Source of the DNA: a virus
Lineage: Duplodnaviria; Caudoviricetes
DNA length: 62,934 nucleotides
Strand: one strand, 5' to 3'
Virus record (IMG/VR): IMGVR_UViG_3300029309_000024
Span: 1-62,934 of that record
The notes under the pieces: model-generated
The model's database searches: none
Told to the model about the DNA's origin: nothing
The model's input: the letters and a program-made list of their open reading frames with translations, nothing else
Shown here: positions 6,643-18,100 of the stretch, piece after piece
How positions within the stretch are numbered: position 1 is the stretch's first letter
Layout of the letters: each line of letters begins with the position of its first letter
Translations under genes and position numbers: made by a program

Positions 6643-6932
6643 TGAGCGAATTAGATATAGAAAAAATTAAAAAATCTAAATTTAACGTTAGCGTAGAAAC
6701 ACTTATAACAATTGGGGCTGTTGTAGTAACGGTCGTTGGTATGTGGTATTCTTTGCAGGCAGACATACAACTCGCTAAGGAGTTGCCCGAGCCGCCGGTT
6801 TCAAGAACAGAATATGACCTAAAAGATCAATTAATTCGTGAAACGATAATTAATACACAAGAAAAGGTTGAAGAAAACGGTAAAAAACTCGAGGACATTG
6901 ACAATAAGTTATATGAAATAATTAGAAATTAA
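6642..6932 (+). CDS. Single-TM, coiled-coil membrane protein (lysis-associated candidate)
   Basis: Hydrophobic LITIGAVVVTVVGMWY followed by a coiled coil. Confidence 0.7.
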   Translation: MSELDIEKIKKSKFNVSVETLITIGAVVVTVVGMWYSLQADIQLAKELPEPPVSRTEYDLKDQLIRETIINTQEKVEENGKKLEDIDNKLYEIIRN

Positions 6933-6933
6933 C

Positions 6934-7251
6934 ATGAAAAAATTTATTACCACTCTACTTTTATTACTAACTTTTTCTATATATTCACAAGACGTTTCAG
7001 TCATACACTTTAATTATAAGTGGAATCAAAAAAATGATTATAACAAATTGCAATCTATAAGGAGAGCTAATGTTTCTAAAGCATTTGTTGAAGAACAAAC
7101 AGCTGAATTGCAAGCAAGCATAAAATCTGTCCCAGTTATAATTATATTTAGAAAAGGAAAACCTGTTGCTAGATTAGAAGCAGGGTTAAGTATGAAAATA
7201 GAAACAAGAATTGAAGAAATACAAGAGCTTGTTGATAGATACCAAGATTAA
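6934..7251 (+). CDS. Secreted thioredoxin-fold protein lacking CxxC
   Basis: Signal peptide; VIHFNYKWN in place of VDFWAxWC; IKSVPVIIIFRKGK. Confidence 0.7.
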   Translation: MKKFITTLLLLLTFSIYSQDVSVIHFNYKWNQKNDYNKLQSIRRANVSKAFVEEQTAELQASIKSVPVIIIFRKGKPVARLEAGLSMKIETRIEEIQELVDRYQD

Positions 7252-7252
7252 T

Positions 7253-7417
7253 ATGAAATCAAAAGGATTAGGTGATTCAATAGAAAAAATCACAACAGTA
7301 ACGGGAATAAAAACTATGGTAGATATAGTTTCAAAAGGGCTTAATGTCCCTTGTGGCTGTGAAGGCAGAAGAGACGCTTTAAATATAATGTTCCCATATA
7401 AAAAGAAGAAAAAATGA
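7253..7417 (+). CDS. Small conserved phage protein (GLGD...CGC motif)
   Basis: MKSKGLGDSIEKIT...PCGCEGRRDALN. Confidence 0.7.
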   Translation: MKSKGLGDSIEKITTVTGIKTMVDIVSKGLNVPCGCEGRRDALNIMFPYKKKKK

Positions 7418-7698
7418 CAATATTATTTATAATTGCAATAATTGAAGCAATAGCTATAGTATATTTAGTTATGCTTCATTCAGGAAAAATTAAAGATGCA
7501 GATGGCGATTTTATCGCTGATTCAGTTGAAGCAAAAGTTGAAGAAGTTCAAGTTAATGCTGTAAATAAATTAAATAGATTAAAAGCTGAATTAAAGGACG
7601 TAGCAGCATCAATTAAAGAAGTTGGTAATCAATTAGAAGATTTACCAAAATCTTTAAAAGGCAAAAGAGCTGGAAGAAAAGCTAATGTCAAAAAATAG
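7414..7698 (+). CDS. Membrane-anchored coiled-coil protein
   Basis: N-terminal TM segment, DADGDFIAD motif. Confidence 0.7.
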   Translation: MTILFIIAIIEAIAIVYLVMLHSGKIKDADGDFIADSVEAKVEEVQVNAVNKLNRLKAELKDVAASIKEVGNQLEDLPKSLKGKRAGRKANVKK

Positions 7699-8140
7699 AA
7701 AAAAATTAAAAGATACAGCGGTTGGTAAATTTTTAGCCGGTGCTGGATCAAATATAATAGGTAGCTTAGGCGACGTCCTGCCAGATAAGGGTGTAATGGG
7801 ATTAGTGAAAAATCTTATTAAAAAAGACCCAGAGTTACCAGCTGAAGATAAAGAAAAAGCTTTAGCGTTATTACATCAAGATACTGTAGAAATGCAGGAA
7901 GTATCTAAAAGATGGCAAGCGGATATGCAATCTGATTCGTGGCTATCGAAAAACACAAGGCCTTTGACACTGATTTTTTTAACAGTTGCAATGGTCTTAT
8001 TGATATTTATAGACTCAACAGGATTAGACTTTAGTGTTGATGGTGGTTGGGTAGATTTATTAAAATCTCTTCTTATTACTGTTTACGTAGCCTATTTCGG
8101 TTCGCGTGGAGCGGAAAAATTCAAAACAATAAGTAAATAA
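7685..8140 (+). CDS. Holin (3TM / GTA-holin-like)
   Basis: RWQADMQSDSWLSKNTRP...YFGSRGAEK with TM helices. Confidence 0.75.
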   Translation: MSKNRKKLKDTAVGKFLAGAGSNIIGSLGDVLPDKGVMGLVKNLIKKDPELPAEDKEKALALLHQDTVEMQEVSKRWQADMQSDSWLSKNTRPLTLIFLTVAMVLLIFIDSTGLDFSVDGGWVDLLKSLLITVYVAYFGSRGAEKFKTISK

Positions 8141-8141
8141 C

Positions 8142-8843
8142 ATGGCAAAACTAAATACCTACTTAACAGATACTTCCATACAGGATGGTGATAAGTGGAT
8201 TGGAACAGATTCGCTAACAGGTAAAACAAGGAATTTTACCCCTCAAGGATTAGCAGATAATTTCAATGACACAGGTAAGATAGGTATAGGTGGTCAAATA
8301 CCTTATGTATTTAGTATACAAGGATCCCCAAATAGAAATGTTGGTACTATTACTTTCCCCACAGGTGGTGGTAATGGTACAGCTTTTTCAGCTATAAACG
8401 CTTTAGTATTAAGTAAAACAACTAACGGCGGAATTGCTGTATCAGAATATTTACAATATTTAGAAGACAATGTTATATTTATTTATCAATTAGACAATGT
8501 AAACAATTTTGGTAAATTCTCTTTAACATCATTAGCAGATAGATCTGGAGAAACTACATTTTTTGATGCTACATTAATATTTTCAGAAGGAAACGGAAGT
8601 TTAATAACTGGAAAAACATATGGAATTGTTCAGGGGCCTAGCGATGTAGATAAAAACTTTGTATTTACACAAGGATCAGCCGCTAGCACTTGGACAGTAA
8701 ATCATAATTTAGAAAAATTTCCATCAGTAATGGTGGTTGACTCTGGCAACAATGTTGTTATCGGAGATATAACATATACAAATACTAATTCATTAACAGT
8801 AAGTTTTTCTTCAGCATTCTCAGGAAAAGCATATATAAACTAA
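8142..8843 (+). CDS. Virion structural protein
   Basis: Beta-rich, C-terminal WTVNHNLEKFPSV module. Confidence 0.7.
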   Translation: MAKLNTYLTDTSIQDGDKWIGTDSLTGKTRNFTPQGLADNFNDTGKIGIGGQIPYVFSIQGSPNRNVGTITFPTGGGNGTAFSAINALVLSKTTNGGIAVSEYLQYLEDNVIFIYQLDNVNNFGKFSLTSLADRSGETTFFDATLIFSEGNGSLITGKTYGIVQGPSDVDKNFVFTQGSAASTWTVNHNLEKFPSVMVVDSGNNVVIGDITYTNTNSLTVSFSSAFSGKAYIN

Positions 8844-8849
8844 ACAAAA

Positions 8850-9905
8850 ATGGCTTTAAAATATTTAACACATATAGATTTAAATAAAAATCAATTACAG
8901 AATGCGGTAATTCACCCTTTGGGCACTGCACCTTCTGGAGCGGTTGAAGGTCAAATATATTACGATTCCACAGTTGGAGATAAAAAAGTATATATTTATA
9001 ATGGATCCGCTTGGGTTAATATATCAGGTGACATATCAGAAGTTATAGCTGGAAATGCTTTAACTGGCGGTGGTGCTGATGGTTCTGTAACATTAAACGT
9101 AGCGGTAGATGATACTACAATAGCAATTGCTTCTGATGCTTTAAAAGTAAAAGATGGCGGAATAGGATCAACACAACTTGCGGCTACATCAGTAACAGCT
9201 GGTTCTTATGGTTCTTCTTCAGCAATACCTACATTTACAGTAGATGCTGATGGTCGTTTAACAGCAGCAGGAACAGCTTCAATAACTACAACATTAGATA
9301 TTGCAGCGGATTCAGGAACAGATAATGGTGTTGTTTTAGGAACAGACACATTAACAATATCAGGAACAAGCAATGAAATTGAAACATCTGTATCAGGTGA
9401 TACTATAACAGTTGGTTTACCAAATAATGTTACGATAGGTAATAATTTAATTGTAACAGGTAATTTAACAGTTTCAGGTACACAAACAATTGTTAATACA
9501 GAAACTATAGAGCTTGCTGATAATATCATTAAGCTAAATAGCAATGCAACAGGAACACCATCAGAAAATGCAGGCATTGAAGTTGAAAGAGGTGATTCAA
9601 CAAACGTTGCACTTAGATGGAATGAATCAGATGACGATTGGGAAGTAACAACAGATGGTTCAAATTATCATAATATATCAACAGCTGCGGATTCATTCAA
9701 AGGATCAATCGGTGATGGTTCTGCTACATCTTATACTGTGACACATAACTTAGGAACAAGAGATGTATTAGTTGAGCTTTATGACGCATCAAGTTATGAA
9801 ACAGTTATAGCGGACGTAACAAGAACATCAACAAGTGTTGTAACAGTAGCATTCACAGTTGCTCCTGCGTCAAACGACATTAGAGTTCTTATCAGAAAAA
9901 TTTAA
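8850..9905 (+). CDS. Virion structural / fibre protein
   Basis: G/S/T-rich, NAGIEVERG and VTHNLGTRDV modules. Confidence 0.75.
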   Translation: MALKYLTHIDLNKNQLQNAVIHPLGTAPSGAVEGQIYYDSTVGDKKVYIYNGSAWVNISGDISEVIAGNALTGGGADGSVTLNVAVDDTTIAIASDALKVKDGGIGSTQLAATSVTAGSYGSSSAIPTFTVDADGRLTAAGTASITTTLDIAADSGTDNGVVLGTDTLTISGTSNEIETSVSGDTITVGLPNNVTIGNNLIVTGNLTVSGTQTIVNTETIELADNIIKLNSNATGTPSENAGIEVERGDSTNVALRWNESDDDWEVTTDGSNYHNISTAADSFKGSIGDGSATSYTVTHNLGTRDVLVELYDASSYETVIADVTRTSTSVVTVAFTVAPASNDIRVLIRKI

Positions 9906-9915
9906 AATATAATTC

Positions 9916-11490
9916 ATGGGTGTAAAATTTAAGTCACCGTTAGAGCTTTCAGGGCATAGATCTATATTACATACAGATGCTGTGCAAACTCTGGTTGTTA
10001 AAGTTATTACAAAAACTGCAGCGCATCCAGAACATGGGAATGGAAGTTCTAATGGATATACAATAGACGGTGTTGAAGGGGCTTATTTAGAGTTTACACC
10101 AGGTAATACATATAAATTTGATCAATCTGATAGTTCAAATAATGGTCATCCATTAAGATTTTATGAGGACTCTGGCAAAACTACAGCTTATACAACAGGG
10201 GTAACATCAAGCGGAACACCTGGTAATTCAGGGGCATATACTCAAATTATACCAACTATTTCTACACCTCCATTATTATTTTATCAATGTACTAATCATG
10301 GATTAATGGGTAGCCATGTTAGATTTGGTACAGTTACTTCAGCTAGCGCAAATACAACATATACAATAAATAGTGTTACAAGTGGAAGTAATGCAATAAT
10401 AAGATTAACAGGTAGTGATTCGTCAACAGATGATGTCACAATAGCAGCAGGAAGTAATATAAGTATATCAGAAACAGGAGATACTATAACTATTGCATCA
10501 ACTGCGGGTGGTAGTGTAACTGAAGCTTTTAAAACAATATCAGTAGCAGGGCAGTCTGACGTAGTTGCGGATAGTGCAACTGATACATTAACTTTAGTTG
10601 CTGGTAATAATGTTACTTTATCTACTAACGCAAGTAATGATTCTATAACAATTAATGCTTCAACAACCGTTTCTCCTTCTGGAATGAGTAAAGACACATT
10701 TACAGGTAATGGTAGCGCAACAGCTTTTACATTAGGAGGCACTGTAACTGATGAAAATAATACATGGGTATTTTTAAATGGTGTATATCAAGATAAAAGT
10801 ACTTACAGCATTTCAGGAACTACTCTTACTTTTTCTACAGCACCTCAAAATGGATTTGGTGTTGAAGTAATGAGATTAGGTACTGTTGCAATAAATTCAA
10901 ACTCTTTAGCAACAGATACTTTTACAGGGAATGGTTCAACAACAGCTTTTACTTTATCAGTATCACCAGTTAATTTAAATGCAGTAAATGCTTATATATC
11001 TGGTTTAAGACAAAATGATAGCACATTAAGTTTATCTGGAACTACTTTAACGTTTAGCACAGCGCCACCAACAGGAACATCAATTGAAGTAACAAGTATA
11101 GGTGCTATAAGTGCAACTTCAGTAGTAGCACCTTCAAGTGTAACAGCGGGAACAGGTATAAGTGTTGCAAATCCATCAGAGGGTAATTTTGTTATTACAA
11201 ATACACTTTCTACTGATTATAGTGTATCAGTAATAAATTCAGCAACAACAGCTGTTAAAAACACTTTATACGTATTTACAGGGAGTGCGGCTTTAACATT
11301 ACCAGCAGGTGTAGTTGGTAATTCAATTAAAATTAGCAATAGGTCAGGTACAACAACTTGTACAATAGTACCTAATGGAACAAACAAAATAATGGGTAGT
11401 AATACTACTATGACGCTTGATACAGCATCAGCAAGTTTTGAATTAATATATTCAGGAACAGCCCAAGGATGGGTAATAATAGGACAATAA
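9916..11490 (+). CDS. Virion fibre protein with cupredoxin-like domain and TFTGNGS repeats
   Basis: GHPLRF...YQCTNHGLMG; two TFTGNGSxTAFTL repeats. Confidence 0.75.
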   Translation: MGVKFKSPLELSGHRSILHTDAVQTLVVKVITKTAAHPEHGNGSSNGYTIDGVEGAYLEFTPGNTYKFDQSDSSNNGHPLRFYEDSGKTTAYTTGVTSSGTPGNSGAYTQIIPTISTPPLLFYQCTNHGLMGSHVRFGTVTSASANTTYTINSVTSGSNAIIRLTGSDSSTDDVTIAAGSNISISETGDTITIASTAGGSVTEAFKTISVAGQSDVVADSATDTLTLVAGNNVTLSTNASNDSITINASTTVSPSGMSKDTFTGNGSATAFTLGGTVTDENNTWVFLNGVYQDKSTYSISGTTLTFSTAPQNGFGVEVMRLGTVAINSNSLATDTFTGNGSTTAFTLSVSPVNLNAVNAYISGLRQNDSTLSLSGTTLTFSTAPPTGTSIEVTSIGAISATSVVAPSSVTAGTGISVANPSEGNFVITNTLSTDYSVSVINSATTAVKNTLYVFTGSAALTLPAGVVGNSIKISNRSGTTTCTIVPNGTNKIMGSNTTMTLDTASASFELIYSGTAQGWVIIGQ

Positions 11491-11491
11491 T

Positions 11492-12226
11492 ATGAGTAAC
11501 TTTACAGATTTTTTCGCAGCAGGAGGCGCAGGAGGTGGACTAGGCCAAACTATAACAGTAGGTGATATTTCTTATCCTAATGCCAGGCTTATATCGGAAA
11601 TGAGTTTATATCAAATATATAACAGTGCTGATGGTAGCTATAATAGTTGGAGTTTTGGAATGTTTGATGTAAATGAACCAGATTGGTACTATAATACCGG
11701 TAGTGGTGGTAATAGTGATTTTGTTACAGTGGCTAATATAACTTCTTCTTCTAACGGAGGAGCGCTATATGGAGCTTTTTGCTATTTTGACCATAGCAGC
11801 CATGACCATAGTGCTAGAGTGGTTAGTATGAGAATTACAATAGATGGGACAGCAACTACTAAAACAAGTAATTCTAGGGATAGTTTTAACTGGAATATGG
11901 TTTATTTAGGACCCATTGGTGCGGTTAATATTACCCACGTTGGGGATACAGGAGACGGAAGATATACAACTGATGGATTTTTACAAGCCCCTGTAGGAGA
12001 TAAGGGACAGCCTGAAGTGTTTTGGTATCATAATTCTACAGGAACTTATAATGCAAATGGAGATAATGGAGATACCAGACAAAAAGTGTTTGCAAAAACG
12101 CAATCTCCACAATTTGGACCATACCCATTACCGTATATATATTTTGCAAATACATGTAAAGTAGAAATGAAAGTAAATAGAGATAACTCCCAAGATAGAA
12201 TGTGGGCAGGAATAAGATTATTTTAA
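11492..12226 (+). CDS. Putative receptor-binding / fibre-tip protein
   Basis: MSNFTDFF-GGG N-terminus, aromatic-rich beta domain, located among fibre genes. Confidence 0.6.
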   Translation: MSNFTDFFAAGGAGGGLGQTITVGDISYPNARLISEMSLYQIYNSADGSYNSWSFGMFDVNEPDWYYNTGSGGNSDFVTVANITSSSNGGALYGAFCYFDHSSHDHSARVVSMRITIDGTATTKTSNSRDSFNWNMVYLGPIGAVNITHVGDTGDGRYTTDGFLQAPVGDKGQPEVFWYHNSTGTYNANGDNGDTRQKVFAKTQSPQFGPYPLPYIYFANTCKVEMKVNRDNSQDRMWAGIRLF

Positions 12227-12228
12227 TT

Positions 12229-12402
12229 ATGAATTTTGAAAAAGCAGAACTTTTAGAAAACTTAACAGCTCCAGAAAGAAATACTAAAGAGCTAGTTCAA
12301 TCAGGAGATAAAATAAAAATAACACTTGATGGTGCTGTAATAATATGTAATCATTTTAAAGATTATGTATCAGAACCATACTACTCTCAACCCGAAGAAT
12401 AA
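12229..12402 (+). CDS. Small hypothetical protein (possible fibre chaperone)
   Basis: Likely start MNFEKAEL; coupled to the next gene. Confidence 0.5.
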   Translation: MNFEKAELLENLTAPERNTKELVQSGDKIKITLDGAVIICNHFKDYVSEPYYSQPEE

Positions 12403-15113
12403 TGGCATTAACTAAATTAGACAAAAACCTTTTAGGATTCAGTGACGATACTGATTTTGTAAAATTACCTTCAGGTACAACAGCTCAAAGACCAAGTTCT
12501 GCAGCTGCTGGACAATTAAGGTTTAATACAACCATAAGTGATGCTGAAATATATGATGGAAATCAGTGGGTAAGAATGGGGACAACACCTCCTACCTTTT
12601 CAGCAATTGATTATCCAGGGACCGCTACAGCCGCTAATCCGGCTGGAGGCGAAAGTATTATAATAACAGGTACTGAATTCAAAGCGGGAATTACGTTAAC
12701 TGTTGGTGGCACAACACCCTCGAGTATAACTAGAAATAGCACAACTCAAATAACATTTACAGCGCCTGCTAAATCAGCAGGAAGCTATGCCATAGTAATA
12801 ACTAATAGTGATGGAGGAACAGCTACAGCCTCAAGCGCTATTAATTATAATGGTATACCAGCTTTTACAAATGCCGCGGGCTCATTAGGTTCACTTGAAG
12901 AAGGTGGAACATTTAACTTTTCTGTAGCGGCAACGGAACCAGACGGAGGAGCTGTTACATATGCTACAACAGCAGGAAGTTTACCTGGGGGAGCATCATT
13001 AAACGCGTCGACAGGAGCAATTACAGGAACCGCTTCAGGCGTTAGTGCTTCAACTACGTCTACATTCACTATAACAGCTACTGATAATGAAAATCAATCA
13101 TCAACTAGACAATACAGCATAACTGTTACTAATTTTGACCCTTCAACAGTACATGCCACAGTTTTATACACAGGAAATGGTGGTTCTCAAAATGTAACAG
13201 GTTTATCTTTTAAACCAGATATAGTTTGGATTTATAATAGAGTCACTTCAGGTGAGTCTCCTAAAATTTATGACAGTTCAAGAGGAGTGCATAAATATTT
13301 TTATACAAATCAAGGGCAAACAGCACAAGAATATAGCACAGGTTTGCAGTCATTTAATAGTAATGGGTTTACTTTAGGGTCTGAAAGCAATAGTAATGCT
13401 AGCGGGGCTGCACATGCCGCGTGGTGTTGGAAAGTAAATGGGGGCACAACAAGCACAAATTCAGATGGTAGTCATAATAGCACAGTGCAAGTAAATCAAG
13501 CACAAGGTATATCTATTTTAGAATATACCACAGTGGGTAGTAATACAGCTACTGTCGGGCATGGGTTAGGAGTTGAACCAGATGTTGTTATATATAAAAA
13601 CTTAGATAGCACAGGAGGCGTAAATCTTTATACTAAAGTTGTTGATAATTCAATGGACTATTGGAGTTTGAGTGCTAATAATGGAGCATGGTATGATAGT
13701 TCAACGCAAGCATTTACTTCGAGTACTGTAACAATGGAATCAGGTGGTAGTGGTCAGGATTTTATAGCTTACGCATTTGCAGAAAAAGCAGGTTATTCAA
13801 AATTTGGTACATATTCAGGTACTGGTGTATTAGATGCACCTAACCCAGTTGTTACGGGATTTGAACCAGCGTGGGTGCTAATAAAAGTTACAAATGATAG
13901 TTCATCAGGTGCTTATTGGGGTATATTTGATAATAAAAGAGAAACTTTAAACCCTAGGCATAAAATGGCAAGGGCTGGAGCAGGTGGAGATGAATGGGAA
14001 GGAGACACTAACTCTGTAACTTTTCATTCAAATGGATTTAGTGTAAATGGCGATTATACAGCAACAAATGCTAGTGGTAAAAATTATTTTTATATGGCTT
14101 TTGCCGGCCCAACTTCAGCGGCAACGCCTGTACTTTCTAATAGTTTTGATATACAAGCTTATACTGGTGAAAGTAATTACAGTCCTAAAACTGTTACATA
14201 TACATTTGAGCCAGGATTAATAATTAACAAAGCTAGGAATGGGGGGCATAGTTGGGGATTAGTAGATAGTTTAACTTGGGAAAAAGGGCATTATAAAAAT
14301 ACAGACAACAATAATCAAGTTTTTGATGGAAGCGGGAGTGGCTGGGATGCTGTAAGATCAATAACATCTACAGGAGCAGTAATGCACGCACCTTGTACTT
14401 GGAATTGTACAAATACGTATATATCGTACGCATGGAAAACAGGGTATAGAAATGGAACTATAAATACAGATGGAAGTATAAAAGCAACAGTTGTGGCTAA
14501 TCCAGCAGCAGGAATTTCTGTAATAAACTATAAAGGGGCAGGTGCTGATGCTACTGTTGGGCATGGATTAAGTTCAGCCCCAGAGGTCGTCCTTGCAAAA
14601 GCAAATACAGGTGGATCAGGTAATAACTGGGTAATGTGGCATAAAGATATAGGAGGTAATAATTACGGATTATTTTTAGATAATAATTCAGCACGTTATA
14701 CATCTGGAGATTTTTGGAATAATACAGCTCCAACTTCATCAGTTGTTAGTTTAGGTGATGGAGCGGAATCAGGATCAACTAATAACTCAGGTAGAGGATA
14801 TTCTATGTATTGTTTTCACTCAGTTACTGGTTATAGTAAATTTGGAACGTATAATGGAACCGGAAGCGCAGGCAATGCCCAAACATTAGGTTTTGCACCA
14901 GGAATGATTATACTTAGAAGAATAGATTCACTTTCAGATTGGTATGTGTTTGACTCAGTAAGAGGACAAAGTAATATAGTAAGATTAAATCATTCTAATA
15001 CAGAATATAGTAACAGTAATTTTAATTTTGAATCAAATGGGTTCAGTTTTGATGCGGGCGACTTTAACGAATCAGGCGCAACGTGGGTTTACCTTGCGTG
15101 GGCAATAAATTAA
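12402..15113 (+). CDS. Tail fibre-like protein (IPT/TIG + Ig-like + two repeated YTGNG beta-modules)
   Basis: PSGTTAQRP anchor, PAGGESIIITG IPT motif, LPGGASLNASTGAITGT Ig repeat. Confidence 0.8.
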   Translation: MALTKLDKNLLGFSDDTDFVKLPSGTTAQRPSSAAAGQLRFNTTISDAEIYDGNQWVRMGTTPPTFSAIDYPGTATAANPAGGESIIITGTEFKAGITLTVGGTTPSSITRNSTTQITFTAPAKSAGSYAIVITNSDGGTATASSAINYNGIPAFTNAAGSLGSLEEGGTFNFSVAATEPDGGAVTYATTAGSLPGGASLNASTGAITGTASGVSASTTSTFTITATDNENQSSTRQYSITVTNFDPSTVHATVLYTGNGGSQNVTGLSFKPDIVWIYNRVTSGESPKIYDSSRGVHKYFYTNQGQTAQEYSTGLQSFNSNGFTLGSESNSNASGAAHAAWCWKVNGGTTSTNSDGSHNSTVQVNQAQGISILEYTTVGSNTATVGHGLGVEPDVVIYKNLDSTGGVNLYTKVVDNSMDYWSLSANNGAWYDSSTQAFTSSTVTMESGGSGQDFIAYAFAEKAGYSKFGTYSGTGVLDAPNPVVTGFEPAWVLIKVTNDSSSGAYWGIFDNKRETLNPRHKMARAGAGGDEWEGDTNSVTFHSNGFSVNGDYTATNASGKNYFYMAFAGPTSAATPVLSNSFDIQAYTGESNYSPKTVTYTFEPGLIINKARNGGHSWGLVDSLTWEKGHYKNTDNNNQVFDGSGSGWDAVRSITSTGAVMHAPCTWNCTNTYISYAWKTGYRNGTINTDGSIKATVVANPAAGISVINYKGAGADATVGHGLSSAPEVVLAKANTGGSGNNWVMWHKDIGGNNYGLFLDNNSARYTSGDFWNNTAPTSSVVSLGDGAESGSTNNSGRGYSMYCFHSVTGYSKFGTYNGTGSAGNAQTLGFAPGMIILRRIDSLSDWYVFDSVRGQSNIVRLNHSNTEYSNSNFNFESNGFSFDAGDFNESGATWVYLAWAIN

Positions 15114-15126
15114 TAAATAAACAAAA

Positions 15127-18100
15127 ATGGCACAAACAAGATTAAAATCAGGTAACCTTCATATGATAGGAGGAGAAACTGGAACCTCAGGTGATGTGTT
15201 GAAATCCAAAGGTGATGGTACTTTTGAATGGGGTGCAGGAACAACTCCACCGTCATTTTCATCTGTAGATTATCCTGGGGATGACACAGCATTGGATCCA
15301 GCTGGAGGACAAAATCTAGTTATAAACGGTAGTGGTTTTCTTACCGGTATTAATGTTAAAGTTGGAGGAACAAACGCATCTTCTGTAACTGTAAATAGCA
15401 CAAGCCAAATAACTATTGTAGCTCCTGCAAAATCTGCTGGAACATATGCTTTAGAATTTACTAATACTGATGGTGGTAATGCTACTGCAAATAGTGCTGT
15501 TTCTTATAATGGTATACCTGCTTTTACTCATAACGCAGGAAGCTTAGGTGCTTTTAAACAAGGAGCGTCAGTAAGTGTATCTGTGGTCGCTACTGAGCCT
15601 GATGGGGGTGCAATAACTCACACTGTTACATCAGGGTCGTTACCATCTGGATTAAGCTTAAACGCAACAACAGGGGCTATAACTGGTACAGCTCCAGATG
15701 TAAGTGCTTCAACAACTAGTAGTTTTACAATTACAGCAACAGATAACGAAAACCAATCTACAAGTAGAGCTTATTCTATACAGGTTGATCCGGTTTTACC
15801 ATCTGATGATTTTAATGTACTTACGTATACAGGTAATGGTGGAACTCAAAGCATAACTGGCCTTTCATTTCAACCTGATTTTGTTTGGTTAAAAAAGAGA
15901 AATGGGGATGCAGAGCAACATTTAATTCACCCTAATGTTGGTACAGGAGAATATTATAGACCTTCGTATAATTCAGCAGGTAGATTAACTTCTTCAGATA
16001 AAATTACAGCGTTAAATAATAATGGATTTAGTTTAGGTAGTGATAGTCAAGTAAATAATAATAATGATACATTCGTAGCATATTGCTGGAAAGTAAACGG
16101 AGGAACAACAGTTTCAAATACAGACGGTACAACTACTAGTACTGTACAGGTAAATGCAGAAAAAGGAATTTCAATGATTACTTATAGTGGTGCTGGAGCA
16201 GCTCGTACAGTAGGTCATGGGCTTGGAAGGGTTCCAGATTTCTTTATGATGATGGATAGATACAATGGAGGAGGATGGCGTATATGGCATAAAGACTTTG
16301 ATAATGCTGATAGATATTTAGAAATGGGCACAGGAGGTCAAGTTAGCAACGGAACTATTTGGTCCGGTAATAGGCCTACTTCAACAGTATTTAGTTTAGG
16401 AAATATAGCTCCACCAAATGGTAGTGGTAGGGCGCATGTTTGTTGGGCGTTCGCTAGTATAGATAAACATTCTAAATTTAGTTCTTACATAGGAAATAAT
16501 AGTTCAGCAGGCCCTATTGTGAATTTAGGATTTAAACCTGCACTTTTAATAATTAGAAGAATTGATAGCGGGGATCATTTCTATATGTTTGATAATAAAA
16601 GAGAAACTGCAAACCCTAGAAACGTAGCATTATTTATGAACTCTAGTGCAGCGGAATCAACAGGTAATTTAGGTACTGGAGTAGATTTTTTATCTAATGG
16701 TTTTCAGGTTACATCAACTGATAGCGGAATAAATGCAAATAATGGTAAATATATATACATGGCATGGGCAGCAGACCCCGATGTAACAGCACCAACACTT
16801 GCTGATAGTTTTAATGCAAAAGCCTATGCAGGTAATTCAGGTACAAATACCATTACAGGTGTTGGATTTAAACCTGATTTGGTTTGGCTTAAAGAAAGGT
16901 CAGGAACAGACAGGCATGTTTTAGTTGATATTTTAAGAGGAGAAGACAGTCAGCTTTCTTCAAATAGTACTGCTGCTGAAACAACTTATGGAAGTAATTT
17001 TGATGGGTTTAACGCAGATGGTTTTACTTTAGGTAGCGCAACTGAAACAAATGGTAATGGTGAAACTTATATTTCTTGGAACTGGAAAGCAAATGATGAT
17101 GAACCTACAATAGAACAAGCTACAGAAACGGCAGCTGCAGTATCAGTATATAAATTTGAAGATAATGCAAATGATGTAACCGGTAATAATAATGGAACAG
17201 CCTCAAATGTGTCTTATGTAACAGGTTATTTTAATAAAGCTGCTGATTTTAACGGTAGTACAAGTGTCATAACAACTGGTTTAAATACTGGTAATAATAA
17301 TATGACTTTTAGTGCTTGGGTTAATTTAGATGCTGCTTCAAGCGGAATATATGGAATGGTTTGTTCAGGTATATCTAATTATTATACTTATTTATCTGTA
17401 GGGCAAAATGGTAAAGTTTGGATTTCAAATGATCAACAAATAAGCGGAGATGCTGATAATGGATATGCAACAGAAGGTACAACAGTTTTACAAAATGGTC
17501 AATGGTATCATATTGCAGGATCATTATCTTCAACAAAGGGAGCAAAAATATATGTTAATGGTGTTTTAGAAAAAACACAACCATCAAGAACAACCAATGC
17601 ACCAGCAATTAGCCCTCCAGCATATAGTGCAATAGGTGCTTGGAAAGCAAGTAACGGTAATCTTTCAGGGCAATTTAATGGCCAAATAGATCAGGTAAGA
17701 TTTTATAATAAAGTCTTAGATGATGCAAGTGTTTTTAAATTATATCAAGAAACTACCGCTCAAAATGGTACAGCAGATATAGGAACTAAAGGAGTGTTGT
17801 CTAATAAATCAATAGTTACTGCAAATACAAACGCTGGATTTAGTATTGTTAAATATATAGGAGATGGAATTTCTACATCAAAAATTCCTCATGGGTTAGG
17901 AGGAACACCTGAAATGATTATTCATAAAAGAGTGGATGGTGTATCAGGATGGGTTGTAAACCATCATAATTTAAGTACTGGATATGAAATATATTTACAA
18001 TCAGATAATCCCCAAACAAATAGTATGGGTAATGATGGTGGTATGACAAACGGTACACAAAATGCTACAACACTAGGATTCACAGCGGGAGCAAGTACCA

